From: an uncultured Rhabdochlamydiaceae bacterium
GTDB taxonomy: Bacteria; Chlamydiota; Chlamydiia; Chlamydiales; Rhabdochlamydiaceae
DNA: 64,000 nt
Direction: 5' to 3'
Assembly (NCBI GenBank): GCA_963712275.1
Contig: CAVQHD010000001.1
Span: 384,001-448,000 of the forward strand
Below are positions 57,790-64,000 of the stretch, in pieces. The notes beneath the pieces are model-generated. The model was not told where the DNA came from, searched no databases, and saw nothing but the letters and a program-made list of their open reading frames with translations. Each line of letters starts with the position of its first letter. Position 1 is the stretch's first letter. The position numbers and the translations under genes are program-made.

Positions 57790-59454
57790 ATGAGTAAAGG
57801 AAATTTTTCTACCGTTTTTACCCAGCAACATCAGCAAAAAATTGAAGAACTCGTCTCTTTAGCAAAAGAGCAAGGATACATCACCTACGAGGAGATCAAC
57901 GAAATTTTGCCGATGAGCTTCGACTCTCCGGAGCAGATCGACCAAGTGCTCATTTTTTTGAGCGGGATGGATATTCAAATCTTCAACCAAGCCGAAGTCG
58001 ATCGGCAAAAGGAAAAGAAGAAAGAAGCCAAGGAACTCGAAGGGCTTACCAAAAAGCCTGAAGGCACGTCGGACGACCCTGTCCGAATGTACCTTAAAGA
58101 AATGGGCTCTGTCCCTCTCCTCACAAGGGAGGAAGAGGTCGAAATCTCCAAGCGCATTGAAAAGGCTCAAATTCAAGTCGAGCGCATTATCATGCGGTTC
58201 CGCTACTCCACACGAGAAGCAATTTCCATTGGTAATTATTTAATTGGTAGCAAAGAGCGGTTCGATAAAGTCATTTCAGAGAAAGAGGTGCCCGATAAGC
58301 AACACTTTGTCACAATCCTTCCAAAACTTGCCATGCTTCTCAAGCGAGAAGACTCCATCTTAGAAAACTACCTTCTCCAAATGCGCGATCCTGTTCTTAA
58401 AAAATTGGATAAGGCAAAAATTCTCGAAGAGATTGAAAAGTGCCGTATCCGCACGCAAGCCTACTTAAGGCAAATGCACATCCGCCACAACATTATCGAA
58501 GATTTTGGTGAAGTGATCATGACAGGGTACGATCGGTTCCTCTCCCTTGAAAAAGAGATTCAAGAACTGATCCCGAGAGCAGAGAAAAATAAATTTGCGG
58601 CAGCCAAACTTCTCGCAGTTCAACGCAAGCTCGCTAAGCGAGAACTTGCCGCCGGACGTACATTCGACGAGTTTAAAAAAGATGTTCGCATGCTTCAGCG
58701 GTGGATGGATAAAAGCCAAGAAGCAAAACGGGAGATGGTCGAGTCGAACCTTCGCCTTGTGATCTCCATTGCGAAAAAATATACCAACCGCGGCCTTTCT
58801 TTCCTCGATTTAATCCAAGAAGGGAACATGGGGCTTATGAAAGCGGTGGAGAAATTTGAATACCGCCGAGGCTATAAGTTTTCAACCTACGCGACGTGGT
58901 GGATTAGGCAAGCGGTAACCCGTGCGATTGCAGACCAAGCTCGAACGATTCGTATCCCTGTCCACATGATTGAAACAATCAATAAGGTGCTCCGGGGCGC
59001 GAAGAAGTTGATGATGGAGACAGGTCGAGAGCCTACACCTGAAGAGCTTGCTGTCGAACTCGGAATGACTCCTGAAAGAGTCCGCGAGATCTACAAAATT
59101 GCTCAACATCCGATCTCACTTCAAGCAGAAGTCGGCGATGGAGGGGAGAGTCAATTTGGAGATTTTATCGAAGATAAATCGACCGAATCCCCTGCAAAAG
59201 CAACAGCTTATTCCATCCTCAGAGACAAAATGAATGAGGTCCTCTCCACTCTGACCGATCGAGAGCGCACCGTCCTCATTGAGCGGTTTGGCCTTCTCGA
59301 TGGCAAGCCCAAAACGCTTGAAGAAGTGGGACTTCAGTTTAAGGTTACTCGAGAACGGGTTCGGCAGATTGAAGCCAAAGGAATTCGTAAGATGCGCCAC
59401 CCCACTCGGTCCAAGCAGCTGCAGGCTTTCCTCGACTTCATTGAAGGACCTTGA
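57790..59454 (+). CDS. rpoD: Primary sigma factor (sigma-66)
   Basis: [66 protein letters not shown]. Confidence 0.98.
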   Translation: MSKGNFSTVFTQQHQQKIEELVSLAKEQGYITYEEINEILPMSFDSPEQIDQVLIFLSGMDIQIFNQAEVDRQKEKKKEAKELEGLTKKPEGTSDDPVRMYLKEMGSVPLLTREEEVEISKRIEKAQIQVERIIMRFRYSTREAISIGNYLIGSKERFDKVISEKEVPDKQHFVTILPKLAMLLKREDSILENYLLQMRDPVLKKLDKAKILEEIEKCRIRTQAYLRQMHIRHNIIEDFGEVIMTGYDRFLSLEKEIQELIPRAEKNKFAAAKLLAVQRKLAKRELAAGRTFDEFKKDVRMLQRWMDKSQEAKREMVESNLRLVISIAKKYTNRGLSFLDLIQEGNMGLMKAVEKFEYRRGYKFSTYATWWIRQAVTRAIADQARTIRIPVHMIETINKVLRGAKKLMMETGREPTPEELAVELGMTPERVREIYKIAQHPISLQAEVGDGGESQFGDFIEDKSTESPAKATAYSILRDKMNEVLSTLTDRERTVLIERFGLLDGKPKTLEEVGLQFKVTRERVRQIEAKGIRKMRHPTRSKQLQAFLDFIEGP

Positions 59455-59530
59455 GTTGTAAATGTTCGTTATCTCCCCTATGCTTCACAAGCGAGGAGAT
59501 GATGATCATAGATGTAGGCGTGAGGTCTTT

Positions 59531-59603
59531 TGGAGTGTAGCGGGATCGAACCGCTGACCTCAACAATGCCATCGTTGCGCTCTACCAATTGAGCTAACAC
59601 CCC
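59531..59603 (-). tRNA. tRNA-Ala (GGC)
   Basis: GGGGTGTTAGCTCAATTGGTAGAGCGCAACGATGGCATTGTTGAGGTCAGCGGTTCGATCCCGCTACACTCCA; cloverleaf with G3:U70 pair; CCA not encoded. Confidence 0.96.
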
Positions 59604-59606
59604 TTA

Positions 59607-59715
59607 GAAGCTATCCTAAAATTCAGGTTTCGTCGCTTTTTGGAGGATTTGAACCAGGCCGAAAATTGGCCAAATCCTCCAAAAAGCGACGAAACCTGAA
59701 TTTTAGGATAGCTTC
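59607..59715. repeat. 109-bp palindromic MITE-like element just upstream of tRNA-Ala
   Basis: About 45-bp perfect arms GAAGCTATCCTAAAATTCAGGTTTCGTCGC...; TTA on both sides. Confidence 0.85.
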
Positions 59716-59775
59716 TTAAATCACCGCTCCATTCTATTTACAAACAGCCATTTTTTCAATATAAACTAGAATTTA

Positions 59776-59848
59776 GAGCCAGTTGCAAAACTCCAATTTG
59801 GGGCAAAAGCGCGGCTTTGGCCTCCAAAGCGAGTTTTGCAACTGGCTC
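59776..59848. repeat. 73-bp MITE with 4-bp target duplication TTTA
   Basis: 18-bp perfect IR GAGCCAGTTGCAAAACTC; TTTA at 59772-59775 and 59849-59852. Confidence 0.85.
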
Positions 59849-59849
59849 T

Positions 59850-60314
59850 TTAAAGAGCAATTTTCAGGTCTTCATCAATATCAATGGCAATTGGGCGAAT
59901 TTTTTCTCCCTTATGCTTTGATAAACTTTTAGGGCTGATTTTATTGTATAAACTTCGGAACTCTTTATCCTTGGCATGTAGATGATCCAGTATGTATAAC
60001 CGAATGTAAATATCTGTTGGCGGAGATACATGATTTTTCCCATTCTCCCACTTAAGAACGGCTACATGACTAACACCAAAAACTTTTCCAAAATCAGCCA
60101 TCGACATGTCAAGGAATTTTCTTATAAACCTCAGTTCATCGCCATTTAGAGATGTTGGCTTGTAGATGAGTCCATAAACTGCAGCCAACTGCAGTTTATT
60201 AAAATTGATATCCATAGCCCATTCTCCAAATACTTTTTTCATTGGGACATTAATGAGTTTGATTGGGAATCCAAGCCCTTCATAGATAAATGTTTCTGTT
60301 TTTCTATTTTTCAT
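59850..60314 (-). CDS. HTH antitoxin (MqsA/HigA-like)
   Basis: GDELRFIRKFLDMSMADFGKVFGVSHVAVLKWENG (Xre HTH); coupled to DUF4258. Confidence 0.82.
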   Translation of the reverse strand: MKNRKTETFIYEGLGFPIKLINVPMKKVFGEWAMDINFNKLQLAAVYGLIYKPTSLNGDELRFIRKFLDMSMADFGKVFGVSHVAVLKWENGKNHVSPPTDIYIRLYILDHLHAKDKEFRSLYNKISPKSLSKHKGEKIRPIAIDIDEDLKIAL

Positions 60315-60631
60315 CGTATTCCCCTCTTATTGAGTCTTATAACAGTCACAACAACCATTCCTTCATCAAAAGCCACAATCACCCTTATATCAAAACCATC
60401 GATTGTTTTTCCTCGGATAGAGTACTTCCATGTTTGAAATACTGTATCAAACGATGTTTTATTTTTCTCATGAACCCCATGAGTCAAAACATAAATAGCA
60501 TCCTTCAATGAAATCAGTCGCATTTTCTGTCTTTCGATCGCATGTTTTGTGAGGATATAATTCTCACTTTCAATGCATCTTCTTATTTTCTCCAGAAGGT
60601 TTTCTATTTGCGCAGGTCGTTTAGTCTTCAC
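60311..60631 (-). CDS. DUF4258 family putative RelE-like toxin
   Basis: YILTKHAIERQKMR.I..., KYSIRGKT...IRVIVAF...VVTV. GTG 60631 chosen; the longer track ORF runs into repeats. Confidence 0.82.
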   Translation of the reverse strand: MKTKRPAQIENLLEKIRRCIESENYILTKHAIERQKMRLISLKDAIYVLTHGVHEKNKTSFDTVFQTWKYSIRGKTIDGFDIRVIVAFDEGMVVVTVIRLNKRGIR

Positions 60632-60718
60632 AAGCTTATCCAACTGGCCCCAGTGTAACAAAATTACCGTTTCATAGACAGATTTATTTATACTGCGCGC
60701 AGCCCAAATGTCAATTTT

Positions 60719-60919
60719 GGGTGTATAGTCAAACGGTTGGGAGAAGAAACGCCTCACCACACCGAGGAAGATGAGGTTGCACAGAGTGGGGAACATCCTC
60801 TGTGCAACCTCATCTTCCTCGGTGTCTCTGTGGTGAGGTATTTTTTTATCTACAGCTTTATAACTACACCCTTCTTGATTTTTCCATGTTTCCTCTCACA
60901 ACTATTTGACTATGCACTC
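60719..60919. mobile_element. 201-bp MITE with 9-bp target duplication and an internal palindrome
   Basis: 32-bp imperfect IR (26/32) GGGTGTATAGTCAAA...; GTCAATTTT at 60710-60718 and 60920-60928. Confidence 0.82.
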
Positions 60920-61016
60920 GTCAATTTTTCAATAGATCGGAGTATAACTGGTTTATCCCCAAACAATTGGAAATGCGATTGTTATTTGAGAGTCTCTTTG
61001 TGTATACAAGAAATCT

Positions 61017-62216
61017 ATGGGGAAATCTTTTTTTAACGGGATTGCTGAGGCTCCGTCAGATGCCATCTTTCAGCTCACAGCGGCTTTCAATGCCGATCCT
61101 CGGCTTCATAAAGTTAATTTGAGTGTAGGACTTTATCGCGATGAATCTTTGCAAACACCTATTCTTGAGAGTGTCAAAGCAGCCGAGCATTATTTGATCT
61201 CTCATGAAATAACTAAAGAATATTTACCCATTGCTGGAGATCCGCTGTACATTGAAGAGAGCGGGCGGCTGATTTTTGGAGACAAGTTGTGGACTGCGCA
61301 TCGAGAGAGAATCTGTGGAATCCAAACTCCAGGAGGAACAGGAGGCCTTCGGATTGGAGGAGAACTATTGCGTCAAGACATCGGCAGTACGATTGCTATC
61401 CCCGACCCGACATGGCCTAATCACTCCGCTGTTTTCAAACAGTGTGGTCTAAGCGTTCATCTTTACCCTTATTATGATCCTCAAAGCCATTCCCTTGATC
61501 TAGATTCAATTTTCGAAATGCTTCAAACCCTTCCTCCTCGATCTGCTGCTCTTTTTCATGCCTGCTGTCACAATCCAACAGGAGCTGATCCGTCAGAAAA
61601 AACATGGAATGAACTGATGCAGCTGATCCAAGAAAAAGAGGTGCTTCTATTTTTTGATTTTGCTTATCAAGGGTTTGGTCAAGGTCTTGATGAAGATGCC
61701 TATGCAATCCGATTGGCTGTTCAAAAGGGTCTTGAATGTGTTGTAGCCTCATCTTACTCCAAAAACTTTGGGCTCTATTCTGAAAGAGTTGGAACCCTCT
61801 TTGCCGTCACTGAGAATGAAATTGCAGCGCGCCGTGTTCTTTCAAAATTAAAGATTTTGGCACGCACAGGTTATTCCAACCCACCCAGGCATGGGTCGGC
61901 CATCGTCGCACATATTTTATCAACACCTTCTCTTCGAAAACAATGGAGCAAAGAAGTTGACTCCATGAGAGATCGATTGAATAGACTCCGAAAGACCTTT
62001 GTTTTAGCCCTTCAATCTGGAAGAAAAAAGATCGATTTTTCATACTTACTTGATCAGATGGGGATGTTCTGTTTTGTAGGGCTTGAGAAAGACAAAGTGC
62101 GAAAGTTACAAGAAGAGTACGGGATTTATATGACATCAGATGGCAGAATTAATCTCGCAGGCCTTTCCGGGCAAAATTTACCTTACGTCGTTGAATCAAT
62201 GTTGAAATTTCTATGA
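61017..62216 (+). CDS. aspC: Aspartate/aromatic amino acid aminotransferase
   Basis: KVNLSVGLYRD, QTPGGTGGL, HACCHNPTGAD, DFAYQGF, SYSKNFGLYSERVG, GRIN. Confidence 0.95.
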   Translation: MGKSFFNGIAEAPSDAIFQLTAAFNADPRLHKVNLSVGLYRDESLQTPILESVKAAEHYLISHEITKEYLPIAGDPLYIEESGRLIFGDKLWTAHRERICGIQTPGGTGGLRIGGELLRQDIGSTIAIPDPTWPNHSAVFKQCGLSVHLYPYYDPQSHSLDLDSIFEMLQTLPPRSAALFHACCHNPTGADPSEKTWNELMQLIQEKEVLLFFDFAYQGFGQGLDEDAYAIRLAVQKGLECVVASSYSKNFGLYSERVGTLFAVTENEIAARRVLSKLKILARTGYSNPPRHGSAIVAHILSTPSLRKQWSKEVDSMRDRLNRLRKTFVLALQSGRKKIDFSYLLDQMGMFCFVGLEKDKVRKLQEEYGIYMTSDGRINLAGLSGQNLPYVVESMLKFL

Positions 62217-63340
62217 GACGGGACAGATATCTCATTTTAGCTATTTTCCTTCTGATTTTACTGAGCTTGCCTGGCCACATTGTTAATCCGATACGCTCAG
62301 CAGCAGCAGGAATAATCTCCCCTTCATGGAGGCATTTATCCAATTTCAAAGAGGTCTTTCTAGAAATAACAACTATCTGGCCTTCAGGTGGATACCACAC
62401 CTCTCCTCAAATCATTAAAGAGCTTGAAATGATCCGCCTTGAGAATGATCAACTCCGCTCGCAATTGGGACTTCTCAAGGCCCAATTAGAGCTAGAAAAA
62501 TTAATCGGACAACAGTCAGACCAATTAATGCAAAGTTCAGAGTATGATAATTTTTCTCTTCGAAGAAAAGAAGAGCTCTTCAGACAGCTGGAGCTTTATT
62601 CCCATGCTATCACTGCGAGAGTTATTTTCCGTGAAAGCGGCTCTTGGAAAAGTACTATCTGGGTCAATGTTGGCGAGGCAACAAATCGACACCTCAAAAC
62701 ACGGCTTATTGAACATAACAGCCCTGTTGTTCTTGGAACCACTGTCGTTGGGCTCATCGACTATGTTGGGGAAAATCGATCTAGAGTTCGTCTTTTAACC
62801 GATCGGGCATTAACACCTTCTGTTCGAGTCGTACGAGGAAACCTGCAAAAATATGCCGTCCTAAAAGAAATCGAAAGAGTGATGGATCTTTTATCAACGC
62901 TTGAAAGCGAAATGGCTCGAAAATTGCTTCATGAGCTTAAACACTCCATCTCTTCTCAGGAGAGAAATCTTTATCTTGCTAAAGGTGAAATTCAAGGCAT
63001 GCGATATCCGCTTTGGCGCTCCCGTGGCACTCTTCTTCAAGGAGCTGGATTTAACTATGACTTTGAAGATGCCGAAGGAGCAGGGCGCGATCTAAGATCT
63101 GGGAAAGCCTCTTCCTATGAAGAAGCTTGTCCACTCATCCAAAAAGGAGATCTTGTGATCACAACAGGGATGGATGGAATTTTCCCTGCGGGGTTGCAAG
63201 TAGGATATATTTCAAAAATATACCCCTTAAAAGAAGGGGAATGCTCCTATGAGGCTGATGTTCAATCTCTGATCCAAGAATTTGATGAACTTTCTTTTGT
63301 TACAATTTTGCCGCCTGTTGCAGGAAAAGATATTTTTTAG
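62213..63340 (+). CDS. mreC: Rod shape-determining protein MreC
   Basis: N-terminal TM, coiled coil, ARVIFR, NSPVV, GDLVITTGMDGIFPAGLQVG. Confidence 0.9.
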   Translation: MRRDRYLILAIFLLILLSLPGHIVNPIRSAAAGIISPSWRHLSNFKEVFLEITTIWPSGGYHTSPQIIKELEMIRLENDQLRSQLGLLKAQLELEKLIGQQSDQLMQSSEYDNFSLRRKEELFRQLELYSHAITARVIFRESGSWKSTIWVNVGEATNRHLKTRLIEHNSPVVLGTTVVGLIDYVGENRSRVRLLTDRALTPSVRVVRGNLQKYAVLKEIERVMDLLSTLESEMARKLLHELKHSISSQERNLYLAKGEIQGMRYPLWRSRGTLLQGAGFNYDFEDAEGAGRDLRSGKASSYEEACPLIQKGDLVITTGMDGIFPAGLQVGYISKIYPLKEGECSYEADVQSLIQEFDELSFVTILPPVAGKDIF

Positions 63341-63400
63341 TAGGATCCGTTTCGAACCTATCCTGAGGTTCTTGTTCTCAAACCTAAAATGGAGGTCGAA

Positions 63401-63589
63401 ATGAACTGGAAATTAATGCTAGTGGGACTAAGCGCAATGGGGGCTTTATCAGTTGTACAAGCTGACGATACAAACACCTCAACGAATGAATCAACAATTC
63501 AAGAGAGTTCTTCGAATGAGACAGCTGCTGCTGTTGAAGATGAAAAAAAGTCTGACAATAAATCTAATTGCAGCTGCACTAAGCGCTAA
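63401..63589 (+). CDS. Small exported acidic peptide
   Basis: GGAGG RBS before ATG 63401; signal peptide ending VQA; followed by a hairpin. Confidence 0.65.
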   Translation: MNWKLMLVGLSAMGALSVVQADDTNTSTNESTIQESSSNETAAAVEDEKKSDNKSNCSCTKR

Positions 63590-63601
63590 GTTCTTATCCA
63601 A

Positions 63602-63627
63602 GAAGCTCTATCGTAAGATAGAGCTTC
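63602..63627 (+). terminator. Hairpin, probable terminator
   Basis: GAAGCTCTATC-GTAA-GATAGAGCTTC, perfect 11-bp stem. Confidence 0.6.
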
Positions 63628-64000
63628 GATGAGATCTTTCTTTATTTTCTTAAAGCTCTTTTTTTCTCCAAAAACTTTTTTAGAAAGTTTTGTTCTCTTA
63701 GCGCTCCATTCTTGATTATCTTTAAATGTTTCAATGGATTTTCCCCAATGTTCTTCCTCTGAAAGTACGACCCCGCAGCCATAAATCTCTCCATGATGGC
63801 TATCTAGAAAAAAGAGGGGTTTATCTAAAAAAAGAAAATCGTATCCAATCGATGAAAAATCTCCCAGATAACTGTCTGCTCGATTTAAAATGGGGTAAAT
63901 TGAGGGAAAGGTTGAAAGATCGATAATTCCGGGAGCTTGCTCGCAAGCAGCCCGAAATTTTTCCCCCTCGGCAGGGTAAAGCGTTTCTAAAAAGGGGTGG

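Noticed and set aside
59531..60947. tRNA-anchored integrative element
   Set aside because: The TA module lies on the 5' side of the tRNA, with no duplicated tRNA 3' end and no integrase.
60632..61036. N-terminal extension of DUF4258 and ORF 60737..61036
   Set aside because: Both are read through palindromic repeats (shared LCNLIFLGV on both strands), so they are probably not real coding sequence.
1..64000. CRISPR array, rRNA, integrase or prophage genes
   Set aside because: No regularly spaced direct repeats with unique spacers, no rRNA-like sequence and no tyrosine/serine recombinase or phage structural ORFs seen.

Overview
This is a window of a Chlamydiota (environmental chlamydia-like) chromosome, judged from the chlamydial-type sigma-66 and the secA/psd, sdhCAB-tatD-tol/pal-LysM and recCB(D)-rpsT-rpoD synteny. 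The core backbone is interrupted by accessory DNA. At about 2.4-26.8 kb there is an IS-rich island with IS1634, IS630 and two identical DDE IS copies. It carries an AT-rich, translationally coupled four-gene operon (AdmH/EncP-like MIO phenylalanine aminomutase/lyase, MFS exporter, carrier-less stand-alone NRPS adenylation domain, SAM methyltransferase), which is the best candidate for an undescribed small-molecule pathway. The island also has BTB-like and membrane/coiled-coil effector-like genes. At about 37.6-44.6 kb there is a toxin-antitoxin/ATPase-rich patch, including an NYN RNase behind a structured terminator leader. A Fic protein and a dual-specificity phosphatase are inserted between recB and recD. 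Next to recD is a protein-less IS200/IS605 remnant resembling a TnpB omegaRNA locus. Many palindromic MITE-like elements occur, one of them nested three deep. All protein calls rest on motif recognition and recalled family knowledge; no searches were run.
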